Source: Eledone cirrhosa
Lineage: Eukaryota
Assembly: GCA_964016885.1 (NCBI GenBank)
Contig: CAXHJY010000211.1
Span: 1 to 33,862 of the forward strand
Length of the DNA stretch: 33,862 nt
Direction: 5' to 3'
Part shown: positions 1 to 11,835 of the stretch, one piece after another
How positions within the stretch are numbered: the stretch's first letter is position 1
Layout: each line of letters begins with the position of its first letter
Made by a program: the position numbers and the translations under genes
Notes under the pieces: model-generated
Seen by the model: only the letters and a program-made list of their open reading frames with translations
What the model was told of the DNA's origin: nothing
The model's database searches: none

Positions 1-455
1 GTGTTAATATCGTTGTTGCATTGGTTTTCATTTTTTTTCTGTTGTCTGTATTTTGGGTGACGCTGTTATTGCTGTAGTAGGTGTGGTAATTTGTTTAAAA
101 TTAGTGTTTTCAGTGTTGTCTTTGATCAAGTTGTTTGTGGTGGTGTTTGTTGTATGAATTTCACTAACCCTCCTCTCAACTTTTACGCTGTTGTCACACG
201 ACAGCAGACATATTGCTAGGGTGGGTGCGGTGTGTGTGTGTGTGTGTGTTGTCAGCCATGTTTTTTATTTTTTTATTCCAGAAGTAAAGTGTTCAAATAT
301 ATGGGCCAAAGGGCCCAGATATTATACTTTCCCCTTCACAGGTCAAAGTGCAAGGGCTTATATCCCTTACACAACCAGAACAGTTAAGCAACAAATAATT
401 ATAAAAGGTAAATAAAGTGACTTACTGGAGCGAGCAAAAAACGTCCGAACAGACC
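1..455 (-). mobile_element. 5' end (5'UTR and ORF1 start) of a Tx1/L1-like LINE running off the left edge of the window
   Basis: Clearly similar to 16950-17364. The ATG at 259 gives MADN...AICLLSCDNSVKVER versus AICLLACDNDVKVER in the 11584-17364 copy. Same 5'UTR hairpin; abuts (AAT)n at 456. Confidence 0.8.
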
Positions 456-471
456 AATAATAATAATAATA

Positions 472-660
472 ATTGTTTCTACTTTTGGCACAAGGCCAGC
501 AATTACCCAGCGCATTACTGGTACTTTATTTTATCGACCCCGTGAGGATGAAAGTCAAAGTTAACATCGGTGGGATTTGAACTAAGATCATAAAGGGACG
601 TACCTCTATGCTGCAAAGTATGGTGTCCGACTCTCTACCTATACTGCCAATCCACCGCCC
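472..660 (-). mobile_element. tRNA-derived SINE
   Basis: Reverse complement of 22298-22484. B box GTTCAAATCCC (572-582), A-box-like TGGCAGTATAGG, central CTTTCATCCTCACGGGGTCGATAAAATAAAGTACCAG block, (ATT)n tail. Confidence 0.85.
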
Positions 661-664
661 TAAA

Positions 665-697
<33 letters not shown>
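665..697. repeat. (AAT)n microsatellite; tail or target of the Tx1-like LINE
   Basis: Read directly. Confidence 0.95.
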
Positions 698-698
<1 letters not shown>

Positions 699-947
699 GT
701 TTCTATATTAGCCACTAGTGCTAACACGAAGAAAAACATTAGAGACGGTACAGAACAGTACAGGACGATACAAATCGGGTTTTTGTCGTGTAAAAAGTTT
801 ATAACAAAATCGGACTAGAGATAAAAAAAAATCAAAAATTCCCCAAAAAAGGGGAAACCTCAGAGGGTCACTCGTGGCGAAAACCACACAAAAAAGACAA
901 CGGCCACTCAGGGAAAGCACCCTCTGTCTGTTTTCCTACTCCTCAGT

Positions 948-3036
948 CTACAGGCGCATACTCTGATCGGGCCCGTTCACTCGGACCAGACTCTCCACTT
1001 TCACCCACCTCTCAACAAACTTGCTAGAAGTCAGCACTCGCCTCCCACCCTGATTTTCCTCTTCAAGTAAAACTTGAAAACGTTAATCAGGGATTGGCCG
1101 AAGAGGAAAGTGTCCGTCTTCAAACCTTTCAACCTTGTCCACCACACAATCTCTTTCGCCATGGCCAGCAGACAAATGAAAACTGCCTGCCCTTCCTGCT
1201 CTTTAAAGGAGGAAGGTGGGGCTGTCTGCACAATGGACTCAGGCGATAACTGGATCCGTCCTAAACGCGACAGTAGCTGTTCGACATAGCTCCACAAGTC
1301 AGCAATCCTCGGGCACTGAACGATTGCGTGCCGGACGATTTCGTCGCGCTACGCGCAAATTGGACAGGCTCGGCTGACAGCACCTCCATGCCTGTAGAGC
1401 TTATCCCGAACCGGCAACGCTCGCAGGTACCACTGCCAATGCATGGATTTCTGGAAGTTGTCCATAGGCCCCGGACTGAAAGTTCTGTTGAAGAAAGCGA
1501 ACAGGTGATCGTCTTCGAGACCAGGGTCTCCCCGAGAACTTCGTCGGTTTTCCCTCCCCTAGTCATCTATAGAACGCCGAGGTGGATGTTCCACCAATAC
1601 TAGTGCCCAGCTGGTAGAGGGCGCTGAGCACTTGTAGACATTCCAGCTTCAAAGCTCTATCCCTCAGTCTTTTCCTGATCCAGGACTGCAGCTCCGTCAA
1701 GGAGACGGGCTGGGGAAAAGCGCCTATGGCAAACGTCGACCACAACTGTTCATCGTCAAGGAAGCACCAGAAATATTGCAGCCTCAGCGCATGTTTGCGC
1801 ATCATCAACCACGGAATGCCTAGTCCTCCACGCAATCGGTGTTGACAGCAAATGGATCGTCTGACCATGGGAGTGCGTCCCTTTCAAAAAAAGCGGAAGA
1901 GCAGGCCCTCCATTTTGGTCAGAGTTGGGCAGGGGCAAGGTACGACAATCAGGCGGTAGCAGATGAGGGACGCTATGTACGTATTCGCCACTTCCGCCCG
2001 ACCTTTCAGAGACAGCCTCCTCTCGGCGCATTTCTTGGTAAGAGAGGCCACCCTGCTCATCACATTGCTACAGTTTCTCTCCATCTGGAAGTCAGGACCG
2101 AACCAGATCCCGAGCAATTTAACCGGTTCTTCCGTCCAGCGTCCCACCATGTTGTCGGACGGCATGGACTTGCCTCTCCAGCTGCCGAGTTGCAAGCCCA
2201 CCGACTTTTTCCTGGTTTATCTTTGCGCCTGCCACCCCCTCATATTCCTTGAGAGCGGTGCCGAGCATCTGGACTTGTTTGTTGCTTGACACCACCACGG
2301 TGACGCCGTCGTCGTGGGCTGACACCGATCTCCCGCATCCCAGTTTGCATGGGGCCACTACGTACAAGAGAGACGAGAGGGGGCAACCCTGGCGGACCAA
2401 GCTCATGATGATGAAAGGCGGTGAGAGGTGACCATTCACTCTCACAACCGAGAAGATGTCCCTGTGAATCGTAGCGATCCAGCCCCTAAAAACTGGCTCA
2501 AATCCGGCCGCCTCGAGGACATCAGCCAGGTACTGATAGTCGACCCTATAAATTTCTTTAGATTGATCCAAGTTTATCAGGGCCCCACCCGTGCCAGCTT
2601 CCTTAACCATCCTCTCTATAATGTATCGCATGAAAAGGAGGATGTCGTGGATGGATCCTGTCTTGAAAGACGCGTGTCTGCGCCTCTCCCACCAGATCAC
2701 CGAAAACAAGCACCAATCTCTTTGCTTACACCTTCGCCAAAATATTTTAACTCTGCGTTTAGCAGAGTTATGGACCTGAAGTTATCTTCTGGGTTCAGGA
2801 AGATGGCCCGTATGGCGAAAAAGCACGGCAAATCCTCTCGATGCTGGACGACTGGGAGACGCGTATAAATAGTAGCTGCCGAATATCGGTGCGAAGGCTC
2901 GTGCTTCGGAGATTCTGGTCTCGCTGATAGTCACCACATCTATGTTTAGTGACCTGAGGTCGTTGAGAAGGTGACCCTGCTTCCAAGATGACACCAGGCC
3001 ACGGACATTTATACTGGCTATTCTAAGTACGGCCAT
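948..3036 (-). pseudogene. LINE ORF2 (APE endonuclease/reverse transcriptase) pseudogene
   Basis: ATG at 3036; stop TAG at 948-950 (..SMRL*, same terminus as the other copy). Many frameshifts; the APE N-terminus is fused almost directly to RT (NFRSITLLNAE) near 2790. Confidence 0.88.
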
Positions 3037-3071
3037 GTTGGATGAGAAATGGGTAAATGAGAAAGGATCAC

Positions 3072-4440
3072 TTACCTTGTTCGTGTGGTGAAGGGAGTAG
3101 AACCAAACCTTTGGCTGGTCATGGGTGTTTCCAAGAGGATGTCGGTGTATAACCTCTTGGTAACTGACCCTCTGAAGTCTGCAACTTCGTTGGGGAATTT
3201 TTGTTTTGAAAGTTTGTAATGTTCCATTTTGATTTCAATGATGATTATGTTTGTCGGAAGTGTTCTTGGTGTTCGTGGGGTGTAGTAGTTTTTTTCCCCC
3301 GATGTCTGTGTGCTGCTTTATATTTTGTATTTCTTTATTTGCAATGTTTATGGCTCTGTACTTTTTGGGCGGAGGAGTGATTTGTTGCTGTTTTCTTGTT
3401 GCTGTTGGGTGTGTGTGTTTCGTTGTGTTTGCTATGTTGGTGTTTTTGGTGATACTGGTGGTGGTGTGGTTGTTGTTGGTGATGATGTTTGTGGTGGTGA
3501 TGGTGATGATGGTGGTGTTGCTGCAAGTCTCCTTGCAGCCTTTACACCTCTTCTGGATGGTGAAGCTAAGGGGTTTTTCCTTTTTTGGTTTTTGTGGCAG
3601 GCCCTTTTGCACTTGCCTCCCGCCTGATACTCTATATCGGATTCCATGGCGTCTAAGAGGGCCATGGCCTTCACTGCTGTTGGTGGTTATAGTGGAACTG
3701 CTCCGGCGATCTTGCCGCCGGTGTTGCTACTGCGACTGTTAGTGTTGCCGCCAATGCTGCCGCTGTTTTATTTGTCTGTGGCCTTGGTATGGGTGCTAAG
3801 GCCATTGCCTTCCTATTTACCATGGAAGGGTCTTCTGCCTCTGTTGCCTGCACTGCTCTTGCTAAGAGCGGATCCGGCGTCGGAAGGAGTGGGCCTTCTT
3901 CTTGGCTGTCTTCCTCGGGCAGAAGGCCCTGAGGTCACACTTCTGCACACAGAGATAGCACTTTGGGCACCTTCCCTCCACGCTTATAGGGAGCTGGAGT
4001 CCTTCTTTGAAATCTATGATATCTGGGTTGGCCTCGTTGCACTCCTGGTCAGCCTGGTCATTTGCATGCCTATTCCTGACCAGTTCTCTCTTCTCAATCG
4101 GTGTATTTGCAGTAAGGTCGTCTTCTAACGATTCCAGCAAATTCAGACGCGGCCACCCAAAGTATGGGCACGTCGGGCAGGACCTGGGTCACTTTGACCC
4201 TCAAAATGTTCTGCCCGCAGTAGGAGGGCACCAAGACTATCTCGTCATTCTTTCGGGTTTCCAAAGAGTGGGACTTCGCCTCTTGGGGTTTGGCGAAAAG
4301 CACGTCTACTGTGGCGTAATTTTTGCCTCGGGTGATGTGGGTTTTGGGCGCCCAGACGCACCCCAAGGCCCTTCGATTTGAGCCTCCGTCGCTCTCTCCA
4401 CCCGATGGGACATTTTGCTTTCGGTGCGCTATGTGACCGT
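3072..4440 (-). pseudogene. LINE ORF1 (gag-like, zinc knuckle) pseudogene
   Basis: Degenerate CX2CX4HX4C-type knuckle at about 3915-3962, a Thr/Pro/Asn-rich low-complexity tract, and stop TAA at 3072-3074 homologous to 15212-15214. Start position uncertain. Confidence 0.7.
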
Positions 4441-4667
4441 GCGCAGCTGCTTTTTGTAACTATTTTTTTTGTTAAAGTAAAATGTTCAAATATTTGGGCC
4501 AGAAGGCCCAAATATTATAATTTACCCTTCACAGGGCAAAGTCTAAGGGCTTATATCCCTTACACATCAAGAAATATCTAACAACAAATAATTTTAACAG
4601 GCAAATAAAGCGACTTACTGGGAGCGAACAAATGACGTTCGACCAATAATAATAATAATAATAATAA

Positions 4668-4980
4668 TGGAAATTGAGAACTAAACAATACCAGTGGTTG
4701 TGGGCGCTCTGGGAATGATACCTAAGGGGTCTAATGATTACTTATCGCAAATCCCAGGAAACCCGCGTATAGGAGAAATACAAAAGATAGTACTAATGGG
4801 AACTGCCCATATACTAAGGAAGATTCTGTCAATATAAGTACATCACAAGTCTAAAAACTAAAGATGCATGTGTGAGTATGTATGTTCTTTCTTGAACATG
4901 GCGGACCTTGTTGTCTCTTGAGGTCACTGGTTGTGACTTGGTGATAACTCGTATGAACATAAAGCAAGATAAATGCAACT

Positions 4981-4982
<2 letters not shown>
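4668..4982 (+). mobile_element. 3' end of an R4/Dong-like (restriction-like endonuclease) non-LTR retrotransposon
   Basis: 4685-4837 translates TIPVVVGALGMIPKGSNDYLSQIPGNPRIGEIQKIVLMGTAHILRKILSI*, the typical R4/Dong C-terminus. A short 3'UTR follows, with (TAA)n on both sides. Confidence 0.8.

Positions 4983-5056
<74 letters not shown>
4983..5056. repeat. (AAT)n microsatellite, about 25 units
   Basis: Read directly. Confidence 0.97.
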
Positions 5057-5519
5057 GTAGAAGAGGAAAAGGAAGAAGAAGAAATATTTTCCTGATCAAG
5101 ACAGTAAAATATTTTAGCGAAGACATAGACATGTCGGAAAACTTACAGTCGAGAAATTTCAACTAACAGTTGAAACACATTTAAAAAAAAGGTGAACAAG
5201 TAGAAGCATGCACATATTTTGCCGTCACTATATGAGTGGAGTCAAGACCCACCCAAATAAGAGAAAAATACAGCAAAGTGTATCGTCGTTGAGTGCCATA
5301 TTTTAAACAAGGCTCAATTCAAAGAAGAAAATAGCTGTTCAATATAGCTTTAATGGTAATTACCTGGACTGTATAATAAATGAAAAGAATGTATACTAAG
5401 ATCCAATAAGCTTTCCCATGTAACCGAATACATCACCCTAAAGCGAATGTTGATCGAAACCTCATGCCTAAATCTAAGTGAGGCAGTGATTTACTCCAAT
5501 AGGAAACAGCTGCGGAACC

Positions 5520-5900
5520 CTTAAAAGTGTATTGTGTGTTCTTTTTTTTAAATTCCAATATAAAGATATCTAATAATGTTACATGTGTTAATTTGGGCTT
5601 TCTAAACGAATTAATATGGGAGTTCAATCTTATTTTGAAATTATTAGCTGTGTTCAATACAGTTTAGAATGACAACATTTATTCTCCACACAATATACAT
5701 TTTTTTAACCAGCCATATATTTTTGGTTAAATAATTATTAGAATACTATCCGAGTTATGTTGTGGAATGCAATTTCTTAGGATACTGCTATTAAATGTAG
5801 TATTAGTCTTGATTTGGTCATTCGTATTAATTGAAGAGTTAGTTGTAATTTCTAAGTTATTCATATAAATATCTGTTGTATTTAATTTCATTAGATGTAT
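5520..5900 (-). pseudogene. Degenerate Penelope-like GIY-YIG endonuclease fragment
   Basis: TANNFKIRLNSHINSFRK...TQY aligns by eye with TANRFKQRLYMHTHSFLN...TQY of the 8517-10647 element. Boundaries approximate. Confidence 0.5.
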
Positions 5901-6752
5901 TTAATACTTGTGTCCTATTATTATTAAATGTAAATGAATTAGAATAATTATGTATCAGCAGTGCTAAACCGACAAATAGAATACTAATTTTATTTTGAAT
6001 GTTTGGCAAGGCCAGTTGTAACACGCTCGGTATGCAAATGAGGCTAATCAGCCGATGTATACTTCAGAAAATACTATATATGTTCAACTGTTCAACAGAT
6101 TGGCAGAGAGGAAAACAGTCCTAACGAAGGATAATGAAACAGAAACTAATTTTAACTCGATGATACTGTTGATCAAACTGATAACGATTGTTCATCAAGG
6201 AATAGTACAGTAACGTCGGGCCGATTGCTTGCAAACGAATCGAACAATATTATTAATGTTCATGTAATACACACATATATATGTATATATATATGCGTGT
6301 GTGTGGGGGGTGTATGCGTGTTTGTGCGTGTGCATCAATCTATCTATATATGTATATGTGTGTTTTATGTGTTAGGTAATTCCGAAGGAAAAGCAAACGA
6401 AAACAGAGTCCTCTATGTATAGAACAGAGCTATTTAATTAGAAAGTGAACAATACAAAATATATCTACTCCATTACCAAAGGATTCTGGATCCCAGACAA
6501 TAATACTATACGTCTGGATCGGTTATCAGACAGAGATGTTATGGATAAAAAGATATGAAATGAGATTTAAAATATACAAAAATTGGAAGTTAGGCTGGAA
6601 CAATAACGGGAAATATACATAAGAAAAGATGAGTACGAAAAAAAAAAAAAAAAAATACATAGCAGTAAAGAAAAAGACGTATGTATGCTTACATATACTA
6701 CACAACCATACACATATTCAGATAAAAGTAAAATATGTATATATGTATATAT

Positions 6753-6807
<55 letters not shown>

Positions 6808-6990
6808 TAAACATACATGTTCACAGACATACACATATACACACAGAGCCACACGCATACACTATATGTATATATATATATATATATGTATACATGGCGT
6901 AGAGGCAAGTGTATAAATACATAAATATATAAATACGCAAACACACACACATATATATACATATATACATATATGTATACATACGTATAC

Positions 6991-7027
<37 letters not shown>

Positions 7028-7173
7028 TTGTGTTGTTATTTATATGAGGAACTGGATATGATTCCAGTTCCTCAGAGAAATAACAACAAAACCAGGAACT
7101 GGACATATCGATGTATGGACGGAGTAAAACACACTTCAAAAACATGTGTACCTTTCTCTCCCACACCAATTCG

Positions 7174-7230
7174 GTCTGACTGAAGAGGTAACAGCCAATG
7201 ATCTCTGTCACCGAAAAATATATACCAGTA
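7174..7230 (+). ncRNA. Degenerate hammerhead-like motif (probable Penelope terminal remnant)
   Basis: CTGAAGA (7180-7186), stem II GGTAACAG/CTGTCACC, GAAA (7213-7216). Stems I and III are eroded. Confidence 0.4.
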
Positions 7231-7284
7231 TATCAATAATTTATAATAAACGAAGCCAAATTTTACATATTTGACATTATTAAT

Positions 7285-7385
<101 letters not shown>

Positions 7386-7463
7386 ATAATAATAAATTCG
7401 AAGACTAAAATCCAAAGAGGGTAAATATATATCAGATATATGAGAACCGTAGAGAAACTATTT

Positions 7464-7866
7464 ATTAAAATAACAGATTAAAGTTTAAGCAAAGAGTCGC
7501 TGCTTTCACCCTTAACGGGATCTTCTGAAACTAAAAAAGTCAATCTGTGAAAGCAGAAGTAAATATTTCAAAAAACGTTGCAACCGAGGGAAGACAGGAA
7601 GACGATACTTTGGTTCGTGGAAAAATGAAGATAATACGTCATTATTTGGTGCAGAAGAAAACAATTACACGCGAAGACAAATCCACGTTTATGGTATAAA
7701 TGAAGTCGTAGACTAATATTCTATTAGGTGGTTCATAGAGATGTTCTATGGCAATGAACGGAAAAAACGAAGATAATACGTCATTATGTGGATCAATTAG
7801 AACAATTACACGCAAAGACAAAACCACGTAAATGGTATAACTGAAGTCGTAGACTAAAATTCTATT
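7464..7866 (-). repeat. 3' pseudo-LTR containing ~142-bp tandem subrepeats
   Basis: GAAGATAATACGTCATTAT...GTCGTAGACTAA occurs at 7627 and 7769; inverted copy at 10696-11070. Confidence 0.88.
7482..7532 (-). ncRNA. Type I hammerhead-like ribozyme, variant core (CAGAAGA)
   Basis: AGTTT-CAGAAGA-T CCC GTTAA GGG T-GAAA GCA GCGACTCTT TGC TT-AAACT. All three stems pair. Confidence 0.6.
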
Positions 7867-8516
7867 TAGGAAACCGAATGATTCTCGGCTTCAGAGTTAA
7901 GAATAAATTAAATAAAATGCAAAGGTAATAGAAATAAATATATACATACACACAACCCTATATGTACATACACAAGCATGCCCCATGGGTATGCAAATAC
8001 AAGCACGTACAAAAATTAAAAAAAAAACACACACGCACATACAGAACCCACCTAAAGCCTGTACCGCACACATCCGAACGTATACACCAAATACTCAAAA
8101 AAATAAATAAGTAAAAGCATATATATATATTCACATGTGCGTGTGTGTGCGTGTATACATAATTAAATAAACGTATACGACGCGCGCACACACACCCACA
8201 TGTAAAGACACATATGTACGCGGACGACGTCAACCAAAACACAAAGTACACATATATGCACACCCTACATACGTATGAACCCGCATACTCACACAGACGC
8301 AAAACTCACGTATTCACATAACCAAATACACATGTACCAGTATATATAATATATACGCCAATAACATATACAAGCAAATATATGTACGAGAAAATATACG
8401 TACCTTCACAAAACATAAAAGTAATATATACTTACCTATACGAATACGTAATGGTATTAACATAACATAAACTTAGCTACCACATCAAGACGTAAAATAT
8501 CCGCGTATAGTTCGTA

Positions 8517-10647
8517 CTATCCGTTAGGGTATAATGTGGGGCTGTAATACAGGAAAGTGCTGTGCAATTTATGTTTACAAACCGAAATTGCCTCAGATTT
8601 TTTGGTATAAAATGTGGTCTTTGGCGTAGAGTATCTCCACGGCCTCAGCGGCGTAGAGGTCACATGGTCTTTTGTTTCCGTTATACGATCTAGCTTTAGC
8701 TAGGATCTTCCAGTGTAAATTATATTGGGTGTGGTTGTCTGTTAGACTCCAGATATAAGCTGAAAGTGACGTCATATTCCTTCTTAAAGTGTTAAGAAAA
8801 GAATGGGTATGCATGTAGAGACGCTGCTTGAATCTATTGGCGGTTAACCATATATAGGCCCTACGGGACGTGGGTGTTTCAACCTTACATTTGTAGCCTA
8901 GACAATGTTACTAGAGAAGCATTTCCCGGATAGGGGGCAGTCAATCCGATTCCTAGATTTACAGCTAGTAATAGCTACAGGGTTGCACGTGTTCCTAGCG
9001 CTATGTATTTTAGCTAAATTTGAATCTGTTATGTTATGTGCAATGTTAGGAGTCGTAGAGTAAGAAATATTAATGGTATTTCTATTAAAAATTTTACTAT
9101 ATTTATGTGCGGGGAAAAATGCTTATTAATAAGGGAGAGAAATATATTAGCTAAACGTGTGGCCACCTCCATATTATATGGTGGGTTATAACATATAATG
9201 CGTCGGGATCTATTTTTCCTAGGTCTATTCTCGTACTCTGTATAAGTTACCTTATCGACAAATCCACTCCGAGCAAGAGTTTCATTGTAATATGGGGAAT
9301 GGTCGTTGAAAATATGCTAGTTTGTAGATAGACGGGAAAGCCTCAAAGAAACGTTTCTTACCAGGTCCTTGGTTACCTGGCAGGATGCTTAGAATGCTTA
9401 CTTATGTAATTAAGCGTATCATTCGGCTTTCTATACGGGTAGTGCAAGCCATTCGATAAATCGAGGGTAACGTCGAGGTAATTAACGACCGAGAGGTTGG
9501 CCTCAACTTGTATGGAGAGGTTGAAGCCTTTAAAGAAGGTTGTGAGTACTTTTCTGAACCTGTCGCAAGCCCGTAGGCCGCACATTGTCATGGTCATAGA
9601 ACCGTCATCACGGTTCAAACGACCGCCCACGTTCGGAAATTCTTCCTTGATAGAGAAAAGAAGGAAAAGGCCGATAAGATCAGGAACCTACGTAGAATCG
9701 CTGGCGCCCATACGCACGTCGATTGGGGTACTATTAGATTTGTTATCGAAATATAGTCGTCGAAATTAATCACCGACTTACGGGCATTGATGATGACATC
9801 AACTCCGAAATCCTTAACCACTGTGAGTGTTTTAGCGAAATTGATAGCTCTAAGGAGAAGTGGTAAAGTGATGGAGGAGTAGTAATTATTGATGTCGAAT
9901 TGGATAAAACGGCAATGTTCCTTGTTGCATATGCCGTTTAACCAATCAATCACCGCGAAACAATTGTTCCACAGTGCAAGAGGGGCCAAACTTCTAATTT
10001 CAGGTATAATCCTATCTAACATTCTTTTACTAAGTCTACCTAAATCGGACTCGTAGGGTTAATAAGCCGAATAGAGGGGTTGTTCGGGAAATTGCATTTG
10101 TGATCCTTCAGGGTAAAGTGGGGAGAAATAGGGTCCAGAGGTTCGGGTCGGTCCAGGATGTTGAGATCAGAGGTGATATTAAACCCAGCATCGTTGATTT
10201 CATTAATGATGCTCCGATTAGTTTTACGGTAATCCTTAGTTACAGCATTATGTAGCAGTTGATGGTATGTATTCCGCTCCTCTTGATATAGATTGCCAAT
10301 TTTGTCGGAGTGGACGTACACGGCATTACAATCCTTAATAGAACGAATTCTATTCTTCAGGTCCTGCTGGAAGGAATTGCTCATATTCCGAAGTTTGATA
10401 CTCCGTATGAGTTCCAAGACATCATTTTCGAATAGTAGCAATGCTGGGTTACTCGGTGAGTTATTATAGGTTTTAAACCGAAATTCATCCTGTTTGTTGT
10501 CTGCATTTCTCTGATTATCGAATTAAAAGGCACGCCAATGCAACCTTTTAATGAATGCGTCTGTTTCCTGTATCAGGAGTTTTGGTATGTTTTCCTGCTT
10601 AGTACGGGTTTGTTCATTGTAGAAATATTCAGATGTTGTTTCTGCAT
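8517..10647 (-). pseudogene. Penelope-like RT/GIY-YIG polyprotein pseudogene
   Basis: FIKRLHWRAF N-terminal motif, HSDKIGNLY, FIQFDINNYYSSI, MGASDS, NRDDG, NYLDVTLDL..YRKPN...SKHP, Cys-rich linker CPLSGKC, GIY-YIG region AYIWLTANRFKQR, terminal CKH. Several stops and frameshifts. Confidence 0.9.
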
Positions 10648-10695
10648 GATGAATATAAGTCAATAGAATGCTCAACCGAGGAAGCCAAATAAATT

Positions 10696-11070
10696 GTGCG
10701 TGTAATTGTTCTCATTGTTACACATAATGACGTATTATCTTGGTTTTTTCCGTTCATTGCCAGAGAACGTCTCTATGAACCACCTAATAGAATATTAGTG
10801 TACGACTTCTTTTATCCTATAAACGCGGTTTTGTCTTCGCGTGTAATTGTTTTCTCTGCACCAAATAATGACGTATTATCTTCATTTTTTCCGTCCTTTT
10901 CCAGGAAACGTTTCCACGAACCAAAGTATCGTCTTCCTGTCTTCGTTCGGTTGCAATGTTTTTTGAAATATTTACTTCTGCGTTCACAGGTTGACTTTTT
11001 TAGTTTCAGAAGATCCCGTTAAGGGTGAAAGCAGCGATTCTTTGCTTAAACTTTAATCTGTTATTTTAAT
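10696..11070 (+). repeat. Inverted pseudo-LTR copy
   Basis: Reverse complement of 7464-7815 with substitutions and a ~25-bp indel. Confidence 0.9.
11002..11052 (+). ncRNA. Type I hammerhead-like ribozyme, variant core (second copy)
   Basis: AGTTT CAGAAGA TCCCGTTAAGGGT GAAA GCA GCGATTCTT TGC TT AAACT. Confidence 0.6.
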
Positions 11071-11101
11071 TAACACATATATATATATATATATGTTAAT
11101 T

Positions 11102-11165
<64 letters not shown>

Positions 11166-11835
11166 GAGAGATAGATAAATCTACCTAAATATACGGTAGT
11201 CTCCATTCCGTATGAAGAACTCAATGTAATCCAAATACCATTAAAAGAGAAGAGGCATTCAAACATGTTCGATAAAAATCATAGGAGAACAGAATCAAGA
11301 TAAATTAATAAAAACAATGAAATAAAAACAAAGAACAAGTTCCTTATGTAACACAATTCATCATTTTACGATCGTTTCTAAGATGTATATGTGTTTTGGT
11401 ATGTATATCATATAGATAACGTTCACAAAGTCCCCTCTCACGAGGAGGGGAGTGTCTTTATCTACAATTTGGTGCAAGTTTTAAACAATTTACAATTGTT
11501 ACAACGGTTACAAATTACAATATCTTACCGAGCCGAGCCTCCGTCAACCATGGCATTCAGTAACCAAGAATAATAATAATAATGATTTCATTTATTGGCC
11601 ACAAGGCCCGACATATAGGGGACATTACAAAAGACTGGGACAGTGGGGTTTTACAGAAAAATCGAGTAAACAATATGAATAACAATAACAAAGTAACAAG
11701 AAAAATGCAAGAAAAATTCCCCAATAGCGGGGGATGACCACCCAGGGTTCGCTCAGGTACCCCACCAATCCTGTACCACCTGACGCTTCGAGAGCACCTT
11801 GGAAGGGCACCCCTCTCTTCCTCAAATTTACCCAC

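Larger units (their letters stand above)
699..4644 (-). mobile_element. Tx1/L1-clade non-LTR retrotransposon, decayed, with a large internal deletion in ORF2
   Basis: ORF1 remnant with a zinc knuckle (KCYLCVQKCDLRAFC). ORF2 APE start MAVLRIASINVRGL, RT motifs (LINLDQSK, VRQGCPLSSLLY, SAHDD), C-terminal C/H motif. (AAT)n on both sides; colinear with 11584-17364. Confidence 0.92.
7464..11070 (-). mobile_element. Penelope-like retroelement (RT + C-terminal GIY-YIG) with an inverted 5' pseudo-LTR
   Basis: ORF remnant at 8517-10647; 7464-7815 is the reverse complement of 10696-11070; hammerhead-like motif in both ends. Confidence 0.9.

Noticed and set aside
456-5056. Repeat-spacer-like alternation suggesting a CRISPR array
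   Set aside because: The repeats are simple (AAT)n, the spacers are retroelements of very unequal length, there are no cas genes, and the context is eukaryotic.
6010-6070. Octamer ATGCAAAT and a possible minus-strand hammerhead (CTGAAG...)
   Set aside because: Core boxes are incomplete and there is no snRNA-type promoter context; could be chance or an unrecognisable relic.
6481-6532. Minus-strand CTGATAA, hairpin, GAAT hammerhead-like motif
   Set aside because: Two core mismatches and no convincing stems I or III.
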